Position numbers and translations under genes: made by a program. A stretch of 64,000 bases of DNA from Klebsormidium nitens (taxonomy: Eukaryota > Plantae > Klebsormidiophyceae), in the NCBI GenBank assembly GCA_000708835.1, contig DF237261.1, positions 41,865-105,864 on the forward strand. The letters are read 5' to 3'. The notes under the pieces are model-generated. The model did no database searches and was not told where the DNA came from. It worked only from the letters and a program-made list of their open reading frames with translations. Positions 1 to 13,300 of this stretch are shown here, in pieces. Positions within the stretch are counted from its first letter, which is position 1. The number at the start of each line of letters is the position of its first letter.

Positions 1-1053
1 TGAGCTAGTGCGTAAAGTGAGAGGTGCTGATGCGTACGGTGTACAATCAAATCTGACGTAGTGCGTTCACAATTACGTGTTAATGGTGGGTGCCGTCACC
101 GTGTAGTACGTAGAACGTAGATAGAGCGTGCGCGTGTTGAGTTGTGGATACAGATAGGTTAGTTGAGTAACCTCGACAATGATTTCTCTGTTCTAATTCT
201 TTAAGCTGCAACGGGTGGGTGTTGATCTGGCACGACCGAGGGTTCTCTTCTTTTTGGTAGATTGGATTGCTAGCTAGTAACCGTTGCATTGCTAGCTAAA
301 CATCAGGATGTCACCATCATCAACCAAGTGACTGCCCACGTGGATAAGCTCCGGCTGGGCTAGCTAGATTGAACTCATCATCGATCTGCTTTTATGAGCC
401 CGCAATGATCCAATTGATTGTTATGGCATTCCGATTTGCGGTTAGTTGGACATGCATGTAAGGTGATCACCACAGCCCTGCAATCTCAGCAATTGTGAGC
501 TGTAAATTTCTATACGTGGTACGAACCACAAGAATTGAATTGATCAAAATAAACCAATCACAAAAGGGTCTCATCGTCTCAGAATGCATATTTAAGAAAC
601 TGCACCGTTATAAAGATCGTCGATCATCTGATTACGTGCCGTTAGCTTGCCGCCAATTTTAGAATGTTGCATACGAGATCCGATCCTGGCCTAGATCGTC
701 CTTATCGGAGTCCTTTCAAAAATCTTGTGCATATGGCGGTATATAGCTAGCGCTGCCGCCACTTGCAGTGATTGCATACATACTAAACTTAACTAGCATA
801 CCGTTAGCTGGAACGAGGCTGGTGGAACTTACTTAATCATATTGTCGGATCGCAGCTCTATACCCGCAATGATCGTTGGCTTGCGCGCGGGCGGGCTCTA
901 TCGCACTATTTGAGTGGAAGCTGGCGGGATTGTGCATTAATTTTCATATAGTACAACCCTTTCAGCAAGAAATACTAAAACTGAAAAGGAAAGTTCTAAC
1001 AAATATACAAGATGAAACATTCATGCTCCCCTCAGAATGTTTAACCCCGCAAC

Positions 1054-4000
1054 TCACACCCCCTGGTCACCGCTCTCCTTATCCCCGTCTCCATCCCCTT
1101 CCCCAAACATCTTATCCATCAGCCGGTCCGAGTTGCTCATCTGCGGCCTGACGTTTGCCCCGTGGCGCTCCGCGCTTAGATTCAACCCGTCCCCGCTCCG
1201 TGAGGCCGCCTTTTCCGCTTCCGTTTCCGTTTCCATCTCGACGGTGAACGCCTCCATGACGAAGGAAACGAAGACATTCATGACCAAGCCTGTTCCCAGG
1301 CACATGAAGGCGAGGAAGAAGGTTCTGGCGGCGAGCGCGCGGTGGCCCAGAATGGCGTAACCCTCCATCCAATCCTGGAGGAAGTGAATCGACGGGGCAC
1401 CGACCGTTAGAAACTATCACGACAGTGCAAGCATAAGGCCTGGGCACTCGTTGATTGCTTGGTTCGAGCGGCAGCTTTTCTGGATGGCGCGGCATAAAAT
1501 GGATGTCAACAGCTACAAAGGGGGAAATGGATTGGGGCAAAATCCGAGCAGGAAGCTGCTCGTAGAAACGCGGCTGGAAGGGCCGTGATGGACACGCCAC
1601 CCGGAGCACGAGTGTTCGCGTTACGCTCCTGTTCGCTTGTCAGCCAAAGACTTTACCTGCCAGCTGGCAGGCTACAACCGCAGGTCACTAGAGCACGAAA
1701 CGCTGACGGCTTGCTGACGTCACTCACCTGCCAGTCGGCCTCCGACAACAGGTTGAAGAGTGTGACCATGCCCGTGGAGTAGTCGTTGAAGTTGTACGGC
1801 TTGTGGTCGCTCAGGGGGGTCGACTTCAGCAGCGGGTTGCTCTCGTAAACCAGCCCCCCGAAAAGATGAATTCCGAGGCTGCGGATGTGGGGGGGAAAAG
1901 TCAGGCGAGGGTGGAGAGGGGGGAAAGAAGACGGAGAATGGAAGTACAATCAGGATTTTAGGAAGAAGAATAGACCTCTGGCTACGAAAGCGGACGGAAA
2001 ACCAAGATTCGAAGGGAAGAGGGTTTGGTGCTACGGCCAACTGAGACTTTGAAGGCAATGTTAAGGGTATGCAACTCGTAAATGGTACTTGCTATCGACT
2101 GACTTGCAAGACCACGCAAACGGGGGATGCTAATTGGCGTTTCACTAAGCTGGATATCCACCTCAAAAGCAGACACCTACTGACCAGCGGACCGATCTGA
2201 ATGTGCAGGGAGCTTCACTTTGACGGATCTAATCTGTGCTTCGCCCACGTGATTGCATAAGATGTAAGCTTTAGGACTACTAAGCTCTAAAAAGGTGAGG
2301 CAATCAGCGAAGCTGAGGGATTGCTCGTCATGTTTGCGAACTCGTGGAGCAACCATCTAGAAAGACTCGAATGCCCGACGTGAGGGAAATGAATTGCTTC
2401 CAAACGACGTTCAAGCGTGAAGAGAACAACGGTAAACGCCTGATAAATTAAGACGAGAATGATGAGAGAAAGAGAAAGCCGTTGAGAACTGAAACGAAGA
2501 TAAGTAATGACCGAAACATCAAGAGCACATAAAGCCACCAACGAAAACTGGACATGAAGGTCCGGGCTTACCTGTTGAAAAGCGAGACGAAGCCGAAGAG
2601 GACTCCGAAGAGGGGACCCATTGCGGGGATGAGTTTCAGGAACGTCTTAACAATTGCGCGGTACCGCTCGACGTACGTCAGCAGCCGCAGGAGCCGCAGC
2701 ATACGGCCGATCAGCAAGTAGCGGATCCACTCCTGCAACACGAAAATGGCTCAGACGTCGGCGCAAGTGAAAGACCACTACCTTGAACGTTGTTTTATTC
2801 CATGAGGTGAAGACGCGGCTTTGACGCTTCTTCTAGCCTTACGTCGGTTTACCGACAATCCAGGGGGAAGTACAAGGATAGTTTGACACCGAGACCATGT
2901 ACTCAAGAACAGTCAGCAGATTGCTTGGAGTAAGCGCGAAGCATTCCACTTCTGCAACAGTTCACGACTCGAGGATATGAGAACCAAGTCGCTTTTTCAA
3001 ACTATGCCGCAGGACCGTGCAGCTTGAAGCAGAGCACAAAGTGCGTTGGGGAGGAAATCCGAGCTTCTAACCATTCTGGATGATGAAGGTCCATTTCAGG
3101 TCAAGCAGCAAGCGGGCAAGCCGCACTTCGGAATTGCTTTCTGTAATGCTCCTACTATGCACGGAAAACTCAACGGCCGACGTTGATGTCGAATATCTGG
3201 GAAGTAGTTCTCTCAACGTTGATGTTAAAGTGCTGGAAAGTGGTCTTCATGAGAAGACGTCACAAAGAATCTGAAGTGAAACGAGAAACTCACAGACAGG
3301 CGGAACTGACAAGAGAGAGTCATGGACAATCAGGCTCGACCATCAAATGAACCAATACGACCCTTTCTTAAGCCTTTGTCTGGAACACCCTTCCACCGCT
3401 AGCCATGGCTTTCCTTTGCTCAATAGGGTTAGGCCTTGACCAAGCACGGCAACCTCTCAGATTTCCACCCCAAAAACAAAGAAAAAGGGAAACAGAAACA
3501 AACCCACGCCTCACCTTGTTGGCGACAGTCTGGTTCGGGTCCAGGATGAGCGCGGTCTGGCCAATCAGGATGGTCCACGTGATGAAGAAGTCGAAGCGGT
3601 TGGCGGTCTCCCGCCAATAATTGCTGAAGCCGAGAACGCTGACCTTCAGCAGAGCCTCCAGGACGTAAATCCACCCAAACACGTACTCAATGTCCTGCCG
3701 GAGGGTCAAAAGTTAAGAAACGGGAATGAGGGGTTAAGGCTTGGGTTGTATTCAACGGTTAGAGGTAAGAGTTGGAGGGATCGCGCCAAATTGCCCAGCA
3801 CTTTCATTGCAACACAAGGGAACTGGTAACTCTAGCCGGTTCATCCCACCCAAGCGCGTGCGAGAGCAAGAATTAGAGTTCAGACTTTTGGTTGAAATTT
3901 CAGACTAAGGAGAATTCTAGAGGTTTGGTCTCACAACGTTTTCCATGCCAATCTGAGACGCCGAGAGGCGGGAAGCAGCTCTGAACGGTGTCCAGAAAGT

Positions 4001-7000
4001 CGCCTTCTACTGTTGAGAGCGATAGAATGATTGGCATTTGCGGGAAGGGACCTTTTACGAGGCCATTGCAGTAGTCAACCCGAATGTGGAGACAATCGGA
4101 GCGTTAGGAAGAAAGGATACTCAGTTGATAAGCTCCTGCGCGAACATTCTTGCGGGTAGAGATGCAGGTCTGCAATTCCGAGCTTCATCTGTCGCATTGC
4201 TCGCACCAGGACCCACTATCCGCCAACTCGAAGCCTCTCACAGCCAATGTGGACTTCTGAAATAGGATTGGGCGTAGAAGTGCAGCTTACGTTTCGGTCT
4301 ATGCCGGCGGCTCAGTTGAAGAAAAGAGAAGGCAATTCACGAAACCCGTAGAGCTTCTGGCGCATGACATGAAGATCTAGCAACCGCACGAACCGGAAGA
4401 GTGTCCCACCTGCCAGAGGGCCTGCGAGGGCAGGTTCCTCATGTCGAGTGCCGTCTCGATTGCCACCGTCACTAGGTTGGCCAGCAGGATCGACGTCATC
4501 ACGTACCGGTCGAAGCGGGGGTCCTTCACAAAGTCTCGCACCGCGGTGAATGCGCGGCTGTTGAAGATGCCGGGCGCCACGATCTAGAGGAAAGACGAAC
4601 GAAGCGAGTCAGAGTGCGCGAACTGTCACCCCTCGTAAAAACGAAGCGGGTCAGAATGCGCGAACTGTTCCCCTCGTAAAACTAAAGCGGGTCAGAATGT
4701 GCGAACTGTTACCCTCTGAAAGTTTCCACCAACATCGTGCAACTGAGACCGGGACGTTCGAAAGAACGACGATGAACAAGTCCCGTTCAATCCAGGAGGA
4801 TGCGAGTTGGCGCAGTCCATACTGTCAGTCAAAGCGGGTGCTACCAATGAGAGAACGAGGAGAACTACGTCTCAGTGTGCATGGCTTTCAACGCATACTC
4901 TACGTTTGGCTTCTCAGGCAATGATTTTCTTGCGGTTCGGAGCGAGACCCTGGGAAAAATGGCAAAGCGTTCACAAGGCCATGTGCTTGGGCGGTCTGGG
5001 GCTCGCCTCAGAAGCAAATCCCGCTAGGTTGCAAATAAACCAAGAACAAAAGAAATCTGGTGACCTGAATGCTTCGCATATATCTGATCCGGAATGTAAG
5101 CATCTGAAACCGAAGCGCCTTCCATGGGAGAAACTCGTATATTCTCGACACCAACCGGGCGAGCAAAGCAGAGGCAACACTACAAAGGCAAAGGCGATCA
5201 AAGGTCGACATCAAGGTCAAGAATGACCTTAAAGAAAATTATTTCACATTGTTTTGGCCTCGTGAAACACTTTCAAATCGTTCTGATTGGAAATGTTGCA
5301 TTCTACACCTTAAAATCAATCTTAAAGCGGCGTATCATGTTTCGTGCAAGGTACGCACCTTCAGAAAGGGCGGCTCGTCGAGCTTGATGAACTTGGTCCC
5401 GATTGCGTCGCACAGGTCCGAAAACTCGTCCTCCTGGATTTTGTAATCGCCGGAGTCGTCTAATGCCAGGAAGATATGGCGCATGTCGTCCTTCTCGATG
5501 TGAGGCACTGCCCGGTACAAGTTGAGGGCGTGCATCAGCCCGGTCAGCTGGTCGCTGCAACCGGGAAACGCGGGAAGTTTTGGCCCTTAACCCATGGGTG
5601 GTTATGGGCTGGCTATGGGCTGGTTCGAAAGTGGTTGACCGTCCAACAACCAGAATGGGCGGTAACCAGCTCTTGAACGAGGTTAGAGCCCGGTTAGTGG
5701 TCCAATAACCCGAGACTAAGTCTGCTAATCAGCCTGGTTAGCAGCCAACATTCCTATGAAACGCAGTCGGATCCTTTGCTGCTGAAAACCTTGATATCGG
5801 TCTTCAGAAAGCGGGCTAGCTGTGCTGACCTGTCGATGTAGCCCCGGTTGTCTCCGTCGACGAACGCAAAGGCGCGGGACAGCACACGTCGCTTGTTCGC
5901 TTCCTTGGCTTTGCGAGCTTGGCCCAACTGTTTCTGGAAGCTGGCAAAGAACACGGCCAGAGGCTCTCAGAACGATGCCCCGCAATTGACCTCTTGAGTT
6001 TCTGTGTTGATTGTAACAATCTTGAATGACTGTTGTGCTCTGTAGGAATTTCAGATCTACGTCCTCAAAGGTCTAGCCAGGTCTTGAGCGTCATTGATCA
6101 CGTCATGGAAGGCTTACCCTTTGCTTTGCTAGGCCAGAGGAACCGATTCAAAGCCACACAGACGAAGAAGGTTGAGATTCTTATGAACGGGCTCACACGC
6201 CCTTTTTCTAGGTAGAACCGGTCTTCTCTAGTTCTTCAAGCTGCCTTAGCCTAACCGTATGCAGAGAAGCAGCTTCCAACGAAGATTCGTCACGGAAATT
6301 CGATATTCCCTTCCTAAATCGAAGAAAGTTCTCTCAGCTACCCTCAAGCGACTTGGACCGAGACCTGCAAGCAGCCAGCATTCATAGAAGCAAACCGGAA
6401 TCTGCAAAGAAGGCAGCAATGACAGGGACTCAACCGAAGAAGCTCACCTGTCGAAGATGACAGCAAGAACGAGGTTCGTCAGGAAGTATAGGCCCAGCAG
6501 GAGGTAGACGACGAAGAAGATACTGCAAACGAGAGTGCCAGCTCGACTTTAGTTTGAATCAAAGCTGATGGTGAGAAAGATTGGAGGGCTGTGTTCTGAA
6601 GTTTGATTTGGTTTGATGGTTATGCTTATGCATGATAGGGTGTTCCAATATAACTGTCCCCAATCGGCGACGGTTGGTGCATATTGACAAGACCGTTTGA
6701 GACGAGGAGCTTCAATGATCAAGCGCTAGCTCCTTAAGAGATCTATGCCAGACCTGGGCAATCTGTTGTTCCTGCAAGCCGCCACTAAAAAGCAGATGGT
6801 AATCCTGACTGCGGTTTTTGACCAGAGTCCAACTTTACCCACCGGCTCTTCTTCAAAAGGTCATGATTTGCCATGCACACATTCCACCACAAGCGCTGAG
6901 AGACAAGGATTTGTCGGCATGGTGTAAACACAACACTTTTATTCTACTACACTAGATACTCTGAAACTCCATGAACCTACTTACACAATTATCAAAGGTA

Positions 7001-8373
7001 CAAACTACTACATTAGAATTGGATAGGCTTTGATTTTGGACCTTCGACGAGGAAAGACTAAACCCCAAGAATACGCACATTTGCTTCGAAGCCCGGAGAA
7101 CGCTTACCTGTATGCACGGTGCTCCTCGTAAGCTTTTTGCCAGACATCTGGATTGTTGGAGCCCGTAAAAAGGATGACCATCTTCAGGGAGGTGATACTA
7201 AAAGTGGTGAACTCTTCCTTCCCCTGCAGCAGAATATGGACCAGCTCTGAAAAGATATATAGATATGCGCGGCTGCTCTGTCCCTTCTCATTTTGTTCCC
7301 AAAACTGACAAGATTCTCCAACGAAAGGAAACTCACATTACACCAGATGCACATGCCAGATGGACTCGGTTTTGCAGAGCCTCGCAAAGGCTGACAGAAA
7401 GGCGTTCTGCATTGTCTGTGCGTCTGAACACTGGGCTTTGGGCTTGACTGCAATCATCCTGTTTCTACGCCAGCTTTTGAAAGTCAGCTCAGAATACAAC
7501 CCAGATCTGGTAATGTTGATGCACCTTTTGACACTCTTTGAAGACGCAAGTACTCTGAAAATCGACAGTGAGACAAGACAAGATGAAATGAGTTCTCACC
7601 TGGAGGGTATCCTCGAACAACACGTACGCCAGCCACGAGGAGAATGCCACGTAGACGAAGCCCAGGATAAAGATGTCCATGAAGTTGGGTACTATAGTTA
7701 CGACCGTCCACAGATTGTCCCGCACCTCTTTCACAGAGACAAGGAAGATTAACACGCGCAAATACGGCGCGAGCCGCACTGACTCCAGTTCCACAACCGG
7801 AAAGTCCGTCCACACAAAGAGCATCTGGCGCACGATGTCCAGACCCAGGAGGAGTAAGAGCCCTGTGCTGATTGCATCCTTAGGGCTCTCTTTATACAGC
7901 TTGGGCCCAGCATAGAGGAGTGGAAAGAGGACGTGTGCGGCAAGGAGCACGAAAAGGACGAGCTCAACTATAAGGAAGACGGTGGGGGGCAGGTATGGCA
8001 CGTCACCCAGCCAATACTCTTTAGGGTCCCCGCAGGAGTGCTCGTGCCTGGTGAGACACCAAGAGGGTATCTCTACAAAGTTGAGCAACAGCAGGGCCGC
8101 GTACGTTGCGAGCCATAAGGGCCCAGCAGCATTGTAAAAGAGATAGTAGTCTGCCTTCTCAGAAAAGTGGGGGCTATCCAGAAACGATTCGGGCAGCCCT
8201 TCACCGTCATAGGCTATGTCCACCAGAGCCGCCGCCTGCTGCACTTTGGACCCTGTTTTGAATGCCTTTCCTCTCCGATCTATCGAGAGGGCATTGGGAG
8301 AGGATTCACGGCCAGCACTTTGATTATTGCCGCCAGGCGAGTTGCGGTGGCTGTCAATGAGCGGACGCTCCAT
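1054..8373 (-). CDS. TPC1: Two-pore calcium/cation channel (plant TPC1 family), 10 exons: 8373-7600, 7223-7108, 6522-6448, 5940-5830, 5554-5359, 4583-4410, 3694-3515, 2732-2572, 1878-1728, 1374-1054
   Basis: GT-AG-bounded exons join in frame. Pore I reads [12 protein letters not shown] and S6 reads [25 protein letters not shown]. Two EF-hands ([22 protein letters not shown]), domain II S4 [18 protein letters not shown] and pore [24 protein letters not shown] all match plant TPC1. The stop at 1054 could instead be a donor site to a further exon. Confidence 0.93.
4598..4720. repeat. Three tandem ~41-bp copies in a TPC1 intron, each holding a branch-point-like CTGAC on the gene strand just upstream of the acceptor
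   Basis: Unit aacgaagcgggtcagaatgcgcgaactgttcccctcgtaaa at about 4598, 4640 and 4681. Confidence 0.85.
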
Positions 8374-10371
8374 CGCTGCTCAATTGCAGCTCAAAGACGT
8401 CGCCGGCCGCCCCGCAAGTTGATTTGCACGCCACCACTCCTGAATCATGAGCGATCTGCAGGGAGAGGTTTTTAATGTGTGGCTTCCTTTCCAGTAGCCT
8501 TGTACCCTTGCAGTGCACTGCAAAGCCTTGATCTGCTCCACATTCACGAACTCGTCAATTTGTCAATGTGGGTTCTGAGTTTCATAGAAGATCTACGCTT
8601 TTGCCGCTTTGCCTCAGCCTCATGGGCGCTTGTAGGATTAGCATGGCAGCGCATGGCGACATCTTCAAATTCTACAAGTGGTCAGATTCGCGGTGCAGGA
8701 GGGCCAGCTCGTGCTTCACAAGACCGGGACCCTCTAGTATATGACTTTGCGCAGCCGCCTACACCCCGTTACAGGCTCCGGGTCTTCAGTGCTAGTGTCA
8801 GAGTACCGGTTTACGTGGGGTTAGTTAGCGGGTCCGGTAACGCGTTCTACTACAGTTCTTGAGGGGGGTAGTCGAAGCTAGTGTGGGTTAGAGGTAGTAT
8901 GAGATGTTTCGATTCTTAATGATTGCTTGCATGCAGGACTATTGTGACCATGTCACAACCCATGTAACACTTGCGTTCGCTTTGCGAACCATTGTAATCG
9001 AGGTCGTATGTGAAAGGAAAAAGGTGCAGTGGCTCAAAACAAAGGTGCAGTGGCTCAATCTGGCATGCACACTGTTATCACCTCGGCTCGACTAGCGTTA
9101 CCGGCTTCCAAATGGCACAATTGGGGCTGTTCACCCAGGATCGACGGTTGGGATCCACCTGATAAATGTGGGGATCCCCCTCACGAGATGCAGGCCCCGA
9201 TTTGGAGGGCCGTCAACGGTCAGAGACCTCTGCGCCATTATATGTGCGAGTGGTCGCACCAATGTGGAGCACTTCGGCACCGTCACTGCCAGGCGCCTTT
9301 CTGCATCAGAATAGCCGGCCACTGCCTTTGCCATCATGGCTTCCGTCATTTATAGAGACCAGCCCGCGGCCACTCCCCTCAGCAAAATCTAGCTTGCAAT
9401 GTATCATAAGCCAGGCTTCACGTAATCCTGTGCCCAGCTGCTAGTTCCGAGCTAGCTTGCACACTGTCGGACATGTGCCGCCAATGATGATGCATGATAA
9501 ACATAGTTGGACCGAGGGCCCCATGCATGCATGATATGCATCTTGTGCCTGCATCATCCAGCAGCAATTAAGTTGAATAACCATGCGGTATAGTTTATAA
9601 CGATGTTGTAACATGACGGCCTACTAATTAATTCGTCTTCATGCCTAGCTAGCACTGTTCGGAGATCTCATGACCCGATTGCATGGGGCTCATGCATGCA
9701 ATCCGGCCAAATACGCACGAGATCTTTCATACGCTGCAGCTGTCGCTACTAGTCAGATTGGCGCCAAAATCATTGAATCCACAACATGATGCACTTGCAC
9801 ACGGTCTGCAGCACTCGCTTGCGTCGTTAAGACGGTAGTGCAGCAGGCCTTGAGTAATCGAGTCTGCAACCAGACCGTTCCGACATGCTTCTTATATGAC
9901 CATGTCACAATGTTGAATGTGCATTGATGAATTTTGGCACCACATTTTCTCTATTGGGCTTCCGGCTTCCGACTGGTTATTATTGTCCAAAATTCTTGAT
10001 CAATATGAGGACACAATAAATGCACGAGGTTGGTCAACTGAGGTGCACCCGGTTCAACTCGGCAATAAAGACCGTCATGAAAGATTGCAGGCATACGAAC
10101 AGGTTCTTTGTAGACTTTACAACAAATCATCACTACAAAATGGTCATCAGTGTCCCACTTTCACTAGACAATTACGTATACAGGGACTACGCGGTTGAGT
10201 CCGTTGTGAAAGGGTCTGTGAGAAACCAAGGCGATAATATGGTCAACAACAATGAAATTCTCGTCGATGGCGGCGCTCAGAGCACCTAGCTTCCCCTCAA
10301 ACAACTCGGGCAGTAATTATCAGATTGAATAAGAGCCCGCTTATGTGAGCGGTCCCTCGCAAACACGATGC

Positions 10372-13300
10372 TCATTTCTTGCCCGCTTTTTCGAAGAGCG
10401 CCCCTAAGAACTCCACGCAGGGCCGCGTCCACCAGACCTATTTACAGGAAAAAGAAAATAGAAATTGAATTACAAGAAGAAGAACAACAACGATAATGAC
10501 AAAAAAAATAATCACGATAGCATCCCAACGAAGGCCGAACCAAATTCACACGATTACCAGGTCTCAAATGGTGATCGCTTGAGCATCACTATGCCTTGTG
10601 CCTGCAACTGTGCTATCGCGAAAGGATCATTGCGACTCACCTGGGTCGGCAGCCACCCCTCGTAGATAGCCAGGTGACCACCCCGGGCGGCAGTCGCCAA
10701 AACGACGTTCGGGTTAAGGCGGATTTCGTCCCGGGGAATGGCCTCTTGAGTGCAGATTGGGTCGTCCAGAGCACTGACGGCCAGAAGGGGCACCCGGATG
10801 GACGTCACGACGGGGGCGCAACTAGACTGGCGGTAGTACGAGTCGACCGTCTGCAGGAGGGGAAGGGTTTTTGAGGAGAGGACTTTGGAAGTGGTTCGTC
10901 GCTGACAGCTAAGTGCGCAGCATCAGTGCGGGGCAGTGCTGCGGACATGTAAACTTACGCCCAAACCAAACCATACAGTTCCGAAATGCAGAAAGTAAGT
11001 CAAGCACTCCTGCCTTCTGATCGAGAAGGAATGTCTTCGTCGACGCTCCAGAATTGAAGGCTGGTTTTGGCGGCTGGATCGCCTTCTGACATTGTCAAGT
11101 CAAGGCCGCGTACCCTCAAACAGCCAGAGTGCGTCATGCATCTGTGCACAAGCATGAGCTGCTACGGTAACAGACTAGGGCCACGAATATCTCAGGCACA
11201 CTCTTGCAGAGTTGCGGAAAAGAACGAGACGCTGAAAGCAATAAGTCGGCCGCAATAAGTCGCTGGGTGAGAGAGACTGAACAAATAAGTCTCTTTTTGG
11301 CGCTCAGATGCCCTACATGCTCGTGATGGATTGAAAAGGAAGGGAACGATTGAAAAGGGATCCAATCCGCAAGCAGCACAGTCCGCTTCCTGGGCAATGG
11401 ACAAAGTAGAACCGATACAAGCGGATGACCGGGAAACGAACACCGCTTGTCTCAACGCACGGTGGACTTGTCCAGAAACGACACCGTATTCCCACAAAGC
11501 GCCGTCACGACGATTTCATAGTGACATGGGTCGGACTTTCATTCCAAGATTGCTCCTGCTTTGGTTAGGGAATTTGTCCTATTCGGCTTGTCTCACAGCG
11601 CCGGACAAATTACACCTCAACCCTTGAATTGTCTGACCGCTGAGCAACTCGAGATCAAATGCAGAACCCAAGAAATCTAGGATGTACGCTCTGCAAAACT
11701 TTATCAAATCCCGCCATGTAACCCAAGAAAACAGATGCAAGTGACGCCTCACCTTGTACTTGGCAATAATCCGCACGCACCCAGCCCTCCGTCAATTTAT
11801 CACAAGACCTCAACCAACGCCTAACCTTGCATTTAGCAATAACCCGCAAGCTCCCTAACCCCTTCTTAACCGACAATCTAACCACAGCCTCACCTCGTAT
11901 TTGGCGATTACCCGCACGACCCGGTCGTCAAACTCGTGCACGGTGCGGCTCGCCATAACATGCGCGCGATCCGCCACCTTCGCGAACGCTTCCCGGTTCT
12001 TCTCCGCGTACTCTTTCATCCCGTCCGCCATGAGCTTGCACCAGATCTTCTGGATCAATTTCCGGTTGCAGAACCGGTCCACGATCAGCATATCGTATGG
12101 GCTGCCGCATGTAAATCCGCCCACGACGGGCGTCTTATCGCCCTCTTCACCCAGATAGCGTATGGTCATGTTGGCCCCGAGACTGCAGCCGACAACCGCA
12201 AGGTGCGCGGCCGGTATGCGTTTCTGGAGCAGCGCGACCACTTCGCGGATGTCGGTGGTCCAGCCGGCGTGGTGGGTTGCGTCAGACTGTGAAGAGAAGG
12301 GCAATTCTTTTTAGTAGAGAAACTCGGCCTTTGGTAAGCAGAATTCCTTGATTTAGGATTCTCAAGCGGCGTTCCTAGAGCGGCGAGGCAAGGGCACGGT
12401 GCTTCGAATCTCAGCTTATTATGGGTTGCGTCAGACTGCGAAGCGAAGGGCAGGTTGTTGTTAGAAGAGAGGTCGGCGATATCATGATGCAGACTCCTTG
12501 ATTCACGATTCTCAGATGGCGTTCCTAGGTCGGGAGAAAAAGGGCACATTAATCTGAATATCAAGTACTCCAGGTTGCGTCAAACTGCTATGAGCAAGGG
12601 CAAGTTGGCACGAGAAGAGGAAAGTCGGCACTTTCAATCAAAGGATCCAACAAAGGAGCAGGCTTTTCGAGCGGCATCCCGTAGAGAAGGGCAAAGCGTT
12701 TTGGGGTCGTGTTTGGGTCGCGTCAGAGTGCAGGAAGAGAAACAAGTTGACCAAGTGCGACGTTGTCCGCTGCGTCGGGACTGCAGAAAGCTTACGCTGC
12801 CAAACCTCTCAACGAGCTCCTGATTGGTCGTGCATCGAGCTGAAAGAAATTCAATTAATATATTTGCACCCAGCAAAAGCTGCAAGCTACTTCATGCAAG
12901 ATTGCAACCACTGATTAAGAGCTGCTTTGCCCCCACATTCTTTAAGTTTTGTATGTCCAAGTCGGGCAAGAAAATTGCATCAAAAGCAGATAGAGACAGG
13001 TTGGTCAGAAACGTACCGTAAAAGAGACGCCACCCAAGCCTCGGTGGTTAATCACGACTGCCCGCCAGCCTTGCTTCACAATGGCGGCGACCAAGTACTT
13101 GACGTATGCTGGCGTGGAATCGCTCGTAAGCCCCGGGGTGATGATGACGGTCGGCGTATCTGGCTTCTCAGCGCCAGCCCAGTCCAGACCCACCGAACCG
13201 CCATCTCGCTGAATGACAACTTCTCTGCACAATATAAGACAAGGAAAATGTCATGGAAACAACTTTCAGTGCGATGGCAGGTGCTCAATCAGTGCAGACA

